Assembly (NCBI GenBank): GCA_944323045.1
Contig: CALUQX010000009.1
Location: 11,903 to 75,902, forward strand
Direction of reading: 5' to 3'
From: Candidatus Gastranaerophilales bacterium
GTDB taxonomy: Bacteria; Cyanobacteriota; Vampirovibrionia; Gastranaerophilales; Gastranaerophilaceae
DNA length: 64,000 nt
The number at the start of each line of letters is the position of its first letter. Position 1 is the first letter of the stretch. Below are positions 24,977 through 33,770 of this stretch, in pieces. The notes under the pieces were generated by a model. That model saw only the letters and a program-made list of their open reading frames with translations. It did no database searches and was not told where the DNA came from. A program made the translations under genes and the position numbers.

Positions 24977-24991
24977 GAGGCGGAGCCTCTT
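24975..24991 (+). other. stop-codon-overlapping hairpin AAGAGGC-GGA-GCCTCTT
   Basis: Identical to 6245-6261. Confidence 0.8.
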
Positions 24992-25540
24992 AATGGAGGC
25001 ACTAAGTTACTAAGGCACTAAGGCACTAAGGATTAAATTGAAATAAGGTAATGTGAAACGCGCACATTGCCTTATTTTTTGTAAAGAACTTGTTCCCTTA
25101 ACAACAAGCAATGTGGAAAATTCCACGTTGTCTGTTGTTGTAACTACTTAGTGCCCTAGCCCCCTAGTGCCTTAGTAACTTCTGTTTCTGAGATCGCGCA
25201 ACTGCTTGGTTGCTCGCAATAAACGGGTCTACGGGCTGCTCCGCCGGCTCCACGCCGCCGTGTGCGCCCTGCGCCCTCTGCTCGCAATCCGCAAGTGCGC
25301 GATGACATGGTATAGGGGCGAGGAAAATTCAGCGTTGCCTGATTCATGTAACCCGCTTAATCACTTAATCACCCAGTCACTTAATCACTTTTGTAACAAC
25401 CGTTCACTGTTCACCGTTCACAATTCACAGAGAACCGGTGCGTCGAAACGACAGCACCCTACGAATAACTTCTTTAGCCGCCACCCAGAGTATAAGAGTA
25501 GGCTACGCCTACCTGCGCCTACCCACTTGTAAATGTTTTG
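24992..25540. repeat. mosaic interspersed-repeat region downstream of paralog B
   Basis: Same module set as 6262-6780 in a different order. It also holds a polar stem-loop (25190-25310) whose loop is a very GC-rich ~100-nt insert. Confidence 0.85.
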
Positions 25541-25594
25541 TGTTTAGTTTATTATTATTTTGCAGAATTTTACTTTAAAAAAAGGAGAGTTATT

Positions 25595-26389
25595 ATGTCA
25601 AGAAAACCAATTATCGCAGGAAACTGGAAAATGAACCTGCTTAGAGCTGATGCCGAAGCTTTATTTGAAGGCATTAAATCATTTGTTAAAGATTACAGTG
25701 CACAGGATTTGCCTACTGTAATCATCGCACCTACTTTCACTTCATTATCTGCTGTTCATGCAGAAAAATGTGACTGCGGATGCGGCGGCAACAGAATTAA
25801 TATCGCTGCTCAAAACTGCCACTGGGAATCTTCTGGTGCTTACACAGGTGAAGTTTCTGTTGAAATGGTTAAAGATGCAGGTTGTTCTTATGTTATCATC
25901 GGTCACTCTGAAAGAAGACAGTATTTCTCTGAAACTGATGAAATGATTAACAAAAAAGCAAAAGCTATTTTGGCTGGCGGTTTAATCCCTATCATCTGCT
26001 GCGGTGAAACTCTGGAACAACGTGAATCAGGTGTAACTGATCAACACATTGCTTCTCAAATCCGCGCTGCATTGTCTGGAATTTCCGCTGAAGATGTTGC
26101 AAAATCTGTAATCGCTTATGAACCAATCTGGGCTATCGGCACAGGCAAAACTTGTGACAGCGATGAGGCTAACCGCGTTATTGCAATGATTAGAAGTGTT
26201 GTTAAAGATGTTGCAGGGGCTGACGCTGCTGATTCTATCAGAATCCTTTACGGCGGCTCTGTTAAACCTTCTACAATCGCTGAACAAATGTCTAAATCTG
26301 ACATTGACGGCGCTTTAGTAGGCGGTGCTTCTCTTAAAGCTGACAGCTTTAACGAAATTATTGCAAACACTATGAAAGTAGCAGTATAA
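25595..26389 (+). CDS. tpiA: triose-phosphate isomerase
   Basis: IAGNWKMN, IIGHSERR, AYEPIWAIGTG, YGGSV motifs. AAAGGAGAG RBS before ATG 25595; the ORF-track start 25538 is rejected. Confidence 0.92.
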   Translation: MSRKPIIAGNWKMNLLRADAEALFEGIKSFVKDYSAQDLPTVIIAPTFTSLSAVHAEKCDCGCGGNRINIAAQNCHWESSGAYTGEVSVEMVKDAGCSYVIIGHSERRQYFSETDEMINKKAKAILAGGLIPIICCGETLEQRESGVTDQHIASQIRAALSGISAEDVAKSVIAYEPIWAIGTGKTCDSDEANRVIAMIRSVVKDVAGADAADSIRILYGGSVKPSTIAEQMSKSDIDGALVGGASLKADSFNEIIANTMKVAV

Positions 26390-26401
26390 ATAAATTCGGT
26401 G

Positions 26402-26433
26402 AACAGTGAACAGTTTACTGTTCACTGTTTTTT
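26402..26433 (+). terminator. Rho-independent terminator built from GTGAACA/TGTTCAC repeat units
   Basis: AACAGTGAACAG-TTTA-CTGTTCACTGTT: a 12-bp stem followed by TTTT. Confidence 0.75.
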
Positions 26434-26547
26434 AAATATCAAGTAATGAAAAATTACTACATATATTTAACCTCTGATCACAGATAACAGTTCACTGATT
26501 ACTTGAATAGCGTTTATCCAGTAAATTAAAATAAAGGAAAAATTTTT

Positions 26548-26796
26548 ATGTCACAGCAATTTAATGCACAAAATATCAAAAAAAGAATTTCAACATTAGT
26601 ATTCTTAAAAGGCTCAACAGCGCCGTTAGTTTTATACGTTGAAAATCCGCAGGAGATTTATGCGGAATTGACTCAACTTATGAAAAGTACATCTGCTGTT
26701 CTTGTGGAAAAAGAAACTCAAGGACCGCTCAAAAAAGTATGTTTTATCTCTAATCAGATAGCTGCTGTTGCGCTGCAAGAAGAACAGTATGTTTAA
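26548..26796 (+). CDS. hypothetical protein (82 aa)
   Basis: AAAGGAAA RBS-like sequence; no motif recognised. Confidence 0.4.
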   Translation: MSQQFNAQNIKKRISTLVFLKGSTAPLVLYVENPQEIYAELTQLMKSTSAVLVEKETQGPLKKVCFISNQIAAVALQEEQYV

Positions 26797-26802
26797 AAGA
26801 CA

Positions 26803-26908
26803 TTAAGACGTTAGGAAGTTAAATAAAACAGTCTTAGTTAAATTTTGTAAAATATATATTTATTGAAATGCACTTAACGTCTTAGCGTCTTAACGTCCCA
26901 ACGTCTTT
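26803..26908. repeat. inverted CTTAACGT-type 8-mer units flanking an AT-rich spacer (MITE-like)
   Basis: Left arm TTAAGACGTTAGG is the reverse complement of units in the right arm CTTAACGTCTTAGCGTCTTAACGTCCCAACGTCTTT. Confidence 0.6.
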
Positions 26909-26926
26909 AGCTCATGAGGTTAGTTA

Positions 26927-27421
26927 ATGTCTAAATTTATAAGCGTAGACACAATTGAAAATGCAGATAACAAAACACTGACCGTTGATTTTGAAGAAAT
27001 AATCGACGGTTTAGAGTGTGTTGAACCGGTTAAAGCTCATTTGACAGTTCAGTCGCTCGGTGAATTTATAGAAATTAAAGGAAATGTTAAGACAATTGTT
27101 AAGCTGCAATGTGACAGATGTTTGGAAAATTTTGATTATAAAATGGATTTTGATATAGATGAAATGTTCGCAAAAAACGCGCTGTTAGAAGATTACGGAC
27201 AGGAATATGAACTCAAAGACGGACAGTTTGTAACAGATTTGAACGGACAGGATAGCATAGATATTTATGACTTATTGTATCAATCTGTAATAATAAATTT
27301 ACCAAATCAAAAAGTTTGTGGTATAAATTGTAAGGGGAAGGATTTTCCAACAGAGGAAAACATGTCTGACCCGCGTCTGGATGTTTTTAAAAATATTCAG
27401 ATAGAACCGAAAAATAAATAG
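26927..27421 (+). CDS. yceD: YceD/DUF177-family protein (23S rRNA accumulation protein)
   Basis: Conserved position upstream of rpmF. CDRC...C..C Cys pattern and acidic composition typical of DUF177. Confidence 0.7.
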   Translation: MSKFISVDTIENADNKTLTVDFEEIIDGLECVEPVKAHLTVQSLGEFIEIKGNVKTIVKLQCDRCLENFDYKMDFDIDEMFAKNALLEDYGQEYELKDGQFVTDLNGQDSIDIYDLLYQSVIINLPNQKVCGINCKGKDFPTEENMSDPRLDVFKNIQIEPKNK

Positions 27422-27449
27422 TAGTATAAAATAAAAAGGAAAGAAGAAA

Positions 27450-27806
27450 ATGGCAGTACCTAAGAAAAGAACAGGACATTCCGCACAAGGACACAGAAGA
27501 TCAAATTGGAAAGCAACAAAACCGGAAACTACCGTATGCTCAAATTGCGGTGCAACAGTTTTAACACATACAGTTTGTACAGCTTGCGGCTACTACAAAG
27601 GTAAACCGGTAAGTCTTAAAGACAGAGTTGAAGAAACAGTAGAAGAAAAGAAACCGGCTAAAAAATCTTCTAAAAAAGCTGAAACAGCAGAAGAAAAACC
27701 GGTTGAAACTGTAGAAACAACTGAAGTTGAAGAAGTTAAGGCTGAAGAAACTGAAACAGCAGAAGAAAAAGCTGATGATACTGTTTCTGAAAAAGAAGCT
27801 GAATAA
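27450..27806 (+). CDS. rpmF: 50S ribosomal protein L32 with ~60-aa acidic/lysine-rich C-terminal extension
   Basis: MAVPKKRTGHSAQGHRRSNWK...CSNCG...H.VC..CGYYKGK is canonical L32. It is followed by an E/K/T/V low-complexity tail. Confidence 0.85.
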   Translation: MAVPKKRTGHSAQGHRRSNWKATKPETTVCSNCGATVLTHTVCTACGYYKGKPVSLKDRVEETVEEKKPAKKSSKKAETAEEKPVETVETTEVEEVKAEETETAEEKADDTVSEKEAE

Positions 27807-27914
27807 TAGACTTTTCTGTCATGCTGAAACTGTTTTGGCAACAACTTCAAAAGATGCACAAAATAAGCCTGCATGACAGATTTTATAAATAAGAGGATAT
27901 TTTGAGAGGGAAAT

Positions 27915-28970
27915 ATGACAAGAATAGCAATTGATGCAATGGGCGGAGATCATGCCCCACATGAAATAGTAGCAGGTGCTGTTTGGGCTGCACAGGAATA
28001 CGGGGTTGCTATAGAATTAGTCGGCAAACAGGATCGTATTGAACAAGAATTAGATAGAATTTCTAATGAAGGGTTCTATTCAGATTGCGGCAAGGCTGGT
28101 AAACAATATAAATTGAAAATTGATACCAGCAAATTGGATATAAAAATTACACATGCATCAGAAATTATAGAAATGGGTGAAGCTCCGGGTCAGGCTATTC
28201 GTAAGAAGAAAAAATCTTCTATTGTGTTAGCTGTAGATGCAGTAGCAACAGGCAGTTCAGATGCCGTGGTTGCTGCAGGGTCTACCGGCGCAGCTATGGC
28301 TGCCAGCCTTTTTGGTCTGGGCAGAATCCCGGGTATTGACAGACCTGCAATTGCAGTTACTTTACCAACTATCAAAAAACCTATTGTTGTAATTGACGGC
28401 GGCGCCAATAGTAATTGTACGCCTGAAATGCTTTATCAGTTTGCAATTATGGGTGCAACTTTCTCTAAAAATGTCCTCGGTATTGAACACCCGCGCATCG
28501 GCGTTTTGAATATCGGTGAAGAAGCAGGTAAAGGTAATGAACTGGCTCAATCTACTTATAAACTTCTGGAAGAACATAGCGGCAAACTGAATTTTGTCGG
28601 CAATATTGAAGGTAAAGAAATTTTCTTAAGCCTGTGTGACGTTGTTGTTTGTGACGGATTTGTCGGCAATGTGGCATTGAAAGTTACAGAAGGCACTTCT
28701 TCAATGCTTTTCAGAATGTTGAAACAGGAATTTAAAGCAGATTTAATGGGTAAAGTTATCGGCTTGCTTGCAAAACCGTTTATGAAAAGAATTTATACAA
28801 AGATTAATTATGAAGAATTTGGCGGAGCATTACTGCTTGGAGTTAAAGGTATTACCGTAATTTCACATGGCAGAAGCAAGGCTTATGCGATAAAAAATGC
28901 AGTAAGAGTTGCTAAAAATGCCGTAGAAACCGGCGTTAACGAAAAAATCGCTAAATTTTATGAGGAATAA
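27915..28970 (+). CDS. plsX: phosphate acyltransferase PlsX
   Basis: IAIDAMGGDHAP N-terminus, AGSTGA, VCDGFVGNV motifs. Confidence 0.92.
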   Translation: MTRIAIDAMGGDHAPHEIVAGAVWAAQEYGVAIELVGKQDRIEQELDRISNEGFYSDCGKAGKQYKLKIDTSKLDIKITHASEIIEMGEAPGQAIRKKKKSSIVLAVDAVATGSSDAVVAAGSTGAAMAASLFGLGRIPGIDRPAIAVTLPTIKKPIVVIDGGANSNCTPEMLYQFAIMGATFSKNVLGIEHPRIGVLNIGEEAGKGNELAQSTYKLLEEHSGKLNFVGNIEGKEIFLSLCDVVVCDGFVGNVALKVTEGTSSMLFRMLKQEFKADLMGKVIGLLAKPFMKRIYTKINYEEFGGALLLGVKGITVISHGRSKAYAIKNAVRVAKNAVETGVNEKIAKFYEE

Positions 28971-28976
28971 TAAAAT

Positions 28977-29987
28977 ATGACAAACAATATTATACCGTTA
29001 AGAATAGCGGGCGTAGGATACAGTTTACCCGAAACAGTTATAACAAACGACGATTTAACAAAATTGTATGATACATCAGATGAATGGATTTATACCCGTA
29101 CAGGTATAAAAGAAAGACGTGTAGTATCCGGTGAACAAAATGCGATAGATTTAGGCTTTGAAGCAGCACAGAAAGCGCTTGAAAAAGCTAAAATGCAGCC
29201 GGATGATATTGATTTAATTGTTGCAGCATCATCTGCCCCGCCGGATTTGTATCCTGCTATTGCTTGCCATATTCATCAAAGACTCGGAATTAAAGAACAA
29301 ATCCCTGCGTTTGATATCACAGCGGCTTGCTCCGGATTGATTTATGGCTTGAGCATTGCAAAGGCTTATATCGGCACAGGCATGTATAAAAATATTTTGA
29401 TAGTTGCAACTGATAACAACTCAAGACTTGTAGACTGGACAGATAGAGGTACATCAATCCTTTTCGGCGACGGTGCAGGCGCAATGGTTGTTACTCAGGC
29501 TGAAGACGGTATTGATGATGTTATAGCAATTGATATCAAGGCTGACGGAAATTACGGGCATTTGATTGAACTTGCTTTTGACGGAAAGAATTGTCCGCTT
29601 GTTGAACAATATCAGGAAAAACCAAAAGGTATAAGAATGAATGGTCGCGGCGTTTATACATTTGTCGCAAAGATTCTGCCGCATTATGTGGAAAATCTTA
29701 TTACAAATGCCGGTCTTAAGCCGGAAGATATAGATTATTTAATTCCGCATCAGGCAAATATCAGAATTATTCAAGCTGTTCAGGAAAGACTCGGATATCC
29801 TGATGAAAAAGTAGTAACAAATATTAAATATTATGGCAATACATCTGCTGCATCAATTCCAATTGCACTGGCAGAAAGCGTTGAAAAGGGGAATGTAAAA
29901 CTCGGAACAACAGCCGTGCTTTGCGGGTTTGGTGCCGGCATGACCTGGGGCGGGGCTATTGTCAGATTGCGCGAAGGTATTTGCTAA
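28977..29987 (+). CDS. fabH: 3-oxoacyl-ACP synthase III
   Basis: Active-site AACSG, HQAN and GNTSAAS motifs (Cys-His-Asn triad). Confidence 0.92.
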   Translation: MTNNIIPLRIAGVGYSLPETVITNDDLTKLYDTSDEWIYTRTGIKERRVVSGEQNAIDLGFEAAQKALEKAKMQPDDIDLIVAASSAPPDLYPAIACHIHQRLGIKEQIPAFDITAACSGLIYGLSIAKAYIGTGMYKNILIVATDNNSRLVDWTDRGTSILFGDGAGAMVVTQAEDGIDDVIAIDIKADGNYGHLIELAFDGKNCPLVEQYQEKPKGIRMNGRGVYTFVAKILPHYVENLITNAGLKPEDIDYLIPHQANIRIIQAVQERLGYPDEKVVTNIKYYGNTSAASIPIALAESVEKGNVKLGTTAVLCGFGAGMTWGGAIVRLREGIC

Positions 29988-30000
29988 AAACTTTTATACT

Positions 30001-30414
30001 ATGATTGAGACAATAAATTTATCTGTATTTGAAAAGACAGTTAAAAATTTAGATGAAATTATCGTTCGCTATAGGAGTAATACGGATGATGATATGATAC
30101 GTGATTCTGTCATTCATCGTTTTAAAATTACCTACTATTTAGTTTTTAAAACTTTGGGTAAATATTTTCGTCAATGTGCATTCATAGTTGGTGACATCTA
30201 TCAAATGTCTTTTAACGAAATGATACGAACAGCTAACCAATATGATTTGCTAAAATCCAATCTTGAAACATGGACAGAATTCAGAGAAATGCGAAACTTG
30301 ACATCTCATACTTATGATGAAAATATTGCTAATAAAGTAGTTAGTATTGTTCCTGATTTTTATGAAGAAGTTAGTTTTCTTTTGCAAAAATTAAAGGATA
30401 CACAAAATGGCTAA
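30001..30414 (+). CDS. HEPN-domain nucleotidyltransferase substrate-binding protein (HI0074 family)
   Basis: RDSVIHRFKITYYLVFKTL and RNLTSHTYDE (Rx4-6H). Start set at ATG 30001. Confidence 0.75.
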   Translation: MIETINLSVFEKTVKNLDEIIVRYRSNTDDDMIRDSVIHRFKITYYLVFKTLGKYFRQCAFIVGDIYQMSFNEMIRTANQYDLLKSNLETWTEFREMRNLTSHTYDENIANKVVSIVPDFYEEVSFLLQKLKDTQNG

Positions 30415-30700
30415 TCTTGATCTGGCAGATAGATATGTAGATTTTATTAGAAATACTATTACAAGTATTTTGCCTGATGTTGAAATTTTTATATATGGTT
30501 CACGTGTGCAGGGGAAAGCACGTGAATATTCTGATGTAGATATAGCCTTGAAAGGTGATATTGCTTTTAATAATTTGTTGAAATTAAGAGCCCTATTTGA
30601 AGACTCAACTTTCCCTTATAAAGTTGATGTGGTTGATTTGGATAGTTTAACACCTGAATTTTTAAACATAATTGAAAAAGATTTATATAAAATAAAGTAG
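30407..30700 (+). CDS. MNT-type nucleotidyltransferase (antitoxin of a HEPN/MNT pair)
   Basis: YGSRVQGKAREYSDVDIAL (GS...DxD). 8-nt overlap with the HEPN gene. Confidence 0.8.
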   Translation: MANLDLADRYVDFIRNTITSILPDVEIFIYGSRVQGKAREYSDVDIALKGDIAFNNLLKLRALFEDSTFPYKVDVVDLDSLTPEFLNIIEKDLYKIK

Positions 30701-30770
30701 TAAAGATTTTAAATGTAACGAAATGTAAACATAAATTTAAAATAGTCTGAAATCCAGTTATACTGCCTCA

Positions 30771-30802
30771 TAGGATAGGATAGGATAGGATGCGGTGCGG
30801 GG
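30771..30802 (+). repeat. pentamer tandem repeats (TAGGA)x4 then (TGCGG)x2
   Basis: TAGGATAGGATAGGATAGGATGCGGTGCGGGG read directly. Confidence 0.9.
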
Positions 30803-30892
30803 CTGGCAACTCTTTTCAACAAAAATACTTTATATCCATGTAAGCAATGTGTGCTTAAGAGAAAAAGTATAAACACGAAAGGAGAATTTTTT

Positions 30893-31369
30893 ATGTTTGG
30901 CGGTTATTTCGGAATAGATGGATTTTTGTTTAACAATAATAATGTAGGTGGTGTAAACTCATCAGTTGCGGGAAATACTATAGGTACGGGCTTATACAGT
31001 GAAGAGCCAGCTATAGGTGCACTTTTAGGTGCCAGTAATCCACAAACACCCGAATCGGAGCAGGAGCGGATGACCCCTTTAGGGTTTCGTCAAAGTCTTG
31101 GACTTAAGGGGAATCCAATTTTAACGGGCTCTACCATAGGAAAAGATGGAAGTAATACAGATATATATCAATTCGATGATGGAACCGGTGAAGTAAGAGT
31201 AAAAACGTCTAAGGATAAAAATACAAAAACTTATTCCTATTATAAATATGAGTTTTCGAAGAAAGATCCTATCGGTGTTTTTACAGAAAGAAAAATAACC
31301 GATGAATCTGGTGCCGTCGGCTACTACAATAGCTTTATTGATTATTTGAATGGTATCGCAACAAATTAA
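30893..31369 (+). CDS. hypothetical protein
   Basis: AAAGGAG RBS before ATG 30893. Gly-rich N-terminus; no motif recognised. Confidence 0.45.
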   Translation: MFGGYFGIDGFLFNNNNVGGVNSSVAGNTIGTGLYSEEPAIGALLGASNPQTPESEQERMTPLGFRQSLGLKGNPILTGSTIGKDGSNTDIYQFDDGTGEVRVKTSKDKNTKTYSYYKYEFSKKDPIGVFTERKITDESGAVGYYNSFIDYLNGIATN

Positions 31370-31477
31370 ATGTGATTCTTTGCAGAAATACTTCATCAAG
31401 AATGCTGTCTTTTTAAACATTTACTTTTGCCCTGTTTGTTATATAATTAATACAGGTATAGTTAAAGAATAGAGGGT

Positions 31478-32431
31478 ATGTTTATGACAAAAAAGATAGC
31501 ATTTTTATTTCCGGGACAGGGCTCACAGGCTGTCGGAATGGGAAAAGATTTGTATGAAAGTTTTGCGGCTGCAAAAAATGTTTTTGATACCGCTGATAAG
31601 ACTTTAGGTAAAAGTATTACAAAATTGTGTTTTGAAGGTCCTGATGAGGATTTGAAACAGACTGTAAATACTCAGCCATCAATTGTTACAATGTCAATTG
31701 CGGCACTGGAAAGCCTGATGTCTCAATTAGATATTAAACCGGATTACGTTGCAGGTCATTCACTCGGCGAATATTGTGCCATGTATGCTGCAGGTGTTAT
31801 GTCTTTAGAAAATGCTTTAAAAGCAATACAAAAACGTGCTGACTTAATGGGACAAACTAAAGGCGGTGCCATGGCGGCTGTTTTGAACGCATCAGAAGAT
31901 GCCTTAAAAGAAAGTTTGAAAGAAGCCTCAGAAGTCGGCTATGTCGATGTCGCAAATTACAATTCCCCTGCACAGGTTGTAATTACCGGTGATGAAAAAG
32001 CAGTTGCAAAAGCTGGTGAATTGCTGCTTGCAAAAGGCGCAAGAAGAGTTGTGCCGCTGGCGGTTTCAGGCGCTTTCCATTCAAAATTTATGGAAAATGC
32101 AGGGCATGAATTTGAAAGCTTTGTTTCAGAATTGGAACTTAACGACGCTAAAATTCCTGTAGTTACAAATGTTGACGCTCAGGCAACAACTTTAGCAGCA
32201 GATTTTAGAGTAAAGATGCCAAAACAAATATATTCATCAGTGCATTGGACACAAACTATTGAAAAAATGGCTGCTGACGGCGTTGAAATTTTTGTAGAAA
32301 TTGGACCGGGTAAAGTTCTTGCCGGTTTGAATAAAAAGATTGTGCCGGAGGCTAAAGTTTATAACGTGTTCGATAAAACATCACTGGATGCAACTGTAGA
32401 GGCACTAAAATCTGAATTAGTGATTGCTTAA
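31478..32431 (+). CDS. fabD: malonyl-CoA:ACP transacylase
   Basis: FPGQGSQ, GHSLGEY active-site serine motif, GAFHS. Confidence 0.92.
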   Translation: MFMTKKIAFLFPGQGSQAVGMGKDLYESFAAAKNVFDTADKTLGKSITKLCFEGPDEDLKQTVNTQPSIVTMSIAALESLMSQLDIKPDYVAGHSLGEYCAMYAAGVMSLENALKAIQKRADLMGQTKGGAMAAVLNASEDALKESLKEASEVGYVDVANYNSPAQVVITGDEKAVAKAGELLLAKGARRVVPLAVSGAFHSKFMENAGHEFESFVSELELNDAKIPVVTNVDAQATTLAADFRVKMPKQIYSSVHWTQTIEKMAADGVEIFVEIGPGKVLAGLNKKIVPEAKVYNVFDKTSLDATVEALKSELVIA

Positions 32432-32461
32432 GTAATTATAAACAAAAAATAAATTTGAAAA

Positions 32462-32485
32462 GCCGGTTATCTGACCGGCATTTTT
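32462..32485 (+). terminator. Rho-independent terminator after fabD
   Basis: GCCGGTTATCTGACCGGC hairpin followed by a T-run. Confidence 0.7.
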
Positions 32486-32493
32486 ATATTATT

Positions 32494-33288
32494 TTAGATT
32501 TTATACGGATAATTGTCTTTATACTCCCAATTGTCCATCCGTAGTAAATCTGAACAGTATTTGCCGTTTTGGGCGCATAAATCGTATATATGCTCATGGT
32601 AATTTTCGTAGCGAGATGGTTGGTACCCATAAGTCCCAAAGTATTGTTTGTTTGTTTCAAAATAGGTTTTTCTGGAGCTTACCAGTGGCGAAAAAAGGAA
32701 GCGGTATCTGTCATAACCCTCTTTATCCGGTCCTTCGTCTCCGTTAACATCATAAAAGAAATCTATACAATCCCCGTTGTTTACAAAAAATGTGGAGCCG
32801 TCATTTAGATAGACTTTAGTTAATTTGACAATTGTTCCATTATTTATTTCGATTGGTTGATTCTCTTCTATTTTTAGATATTTCATGTATGGCAGTATGT
32901 ATGTATTTACAAATTCAAATCCGTCTTTTGCATTGGTTAATCTGGCTTGTTCAATTTCATCCTCATCTTCCAGTTCATTTATGTTTATATACTCTTTTTT
33001 ATTCCAGTATTCTACGGCGCCGTTATGCACAGTTGACATTTCAATCGCCTGTTGCATTGTAGAGTAGAATTTTTGCAATTTTGTTGAATATTCTTTCTTT
33101 TTGTAACCTTGTATTAATGACGGAACAGTAATCGCTGCCACCACGCCGATTATTGCGAGGGTGATGAGAACTTCAGCGAGCGTAAACGCGTTGGCTCGTT
33201 TGAGGAAGTGAGTGCTGTGAGTAAAGTGAGTACCGTGGTTTCTTTGATTAGGCTTTGTACTTGTTTCTTCTTTTGTGTTGGTTTTCAT
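32494..33288 (-). CDS. prepilin-type N-terminal methylation-domain protein (P6)
   Basis: ...GTHFTHSTHFLKRAN-AFTLAEVLITLAIIGVVAAITVPSL. YDVNGDEGPDKEGYDRYRFLF motif. The leader is encoded by GTGAGT-type 9-mers (33205-33235). Confidence 0.8.
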   Translation of the reverse strand: MKTNTKEETSTKPNQRNHGTHFTHSTHFLKRANAFTLAEVLITLAIIGVVAAITVPSLIQGYKKKEYSTKLQKFYSTMQQAIEMSTVHNGAVEYWNKKEYININELEDEDEIEQARLTNAKDGFEFVNTYILPYMKYLKIEENQPIEINNGTIVKLTKVYLNDGSTFFVNNGDCIDFFYDVNGDEGPDKEGYDRYRFLFSPLVSSRKTYFETNKQYFGTYGYQPSRYENYHEHIYDLCAQNGKYCSDLLRMDNWEYKDNYPYKI

Positions 33289-33389
33289 TTCTTTTATCTC
33301 CTTTCTTGCTGTATAACGGCAAAAATATATGATATTTTTGTATCTTTGCTACTATTATATGCGCTTAACTCCAAATTGTCAATTGTTTT

Positions 33390-33761
33390 TTGGGGCTAAA
33401 GTTAGTTAACATGTTTGCAAATATGGATAAAAATATTAATATGTCTAATCTAAAGAAATTACTAGGGAAAAGAATTAAAGAATTACGGATATCAAAACAC
33501 TACACACAGGAATATCTTGCGGAATTAACTGATTTAGGGGCAACGAGTATAAGTAAGATAGAAACAGGACTTTATCATCCATCGGATGAAAATCTCGAAA
33601 AAATTGCGAAAGCACTTGATGTTGAACCTTATAAACTATATATGTTTAATCATTTGAAATCTGCCGGAGAAATAAAAGAAGAGCTTTTGAAACTTATAAG
33701 TAAAGCGAGCGACAACGATATTAAATTAATTTATCGTATTGTGAATGGAATAGTTGATTGA
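33390..33761 (+). CDS. XRE-family helix-turn-helix transcriptional regulator
   Basis: YTQEYLAELTDLGATSISKIETG is a Cro/C1 HTH. The likely true start is M at 33423 or 33441. Divergent from P6. Confidence 0.75.
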   Translation: MGLKLVNMFANMDKNINMSNLKKLLGKRIKELRISKHYTQEYLAELTDLGATSISKIETGLYHPSDENLEKIAKALDVEPYKLYMFNHLKSAGEIKEELLKLISKASDNDIKLIYRIVNGIVD

Positions 33762-33770
33762 AATCTTTTA

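Noticed and set aside
25156-25532. ORFs 25156-25347(-) and 25206-25532(+), and similarly 40839-41237(-), 41470-41716 (three ORFs), 47969-48280(-), 6791-6982(+)
   Set aside because: All lie inside the mosaic repeat regions, and 6791-6982 overlaps the tRNA-Gly gene. Their similarity to each other is explained by the nucleotide repeats, and their Arg/Gly/Ala-rich translations reflect GC-rich inserts.
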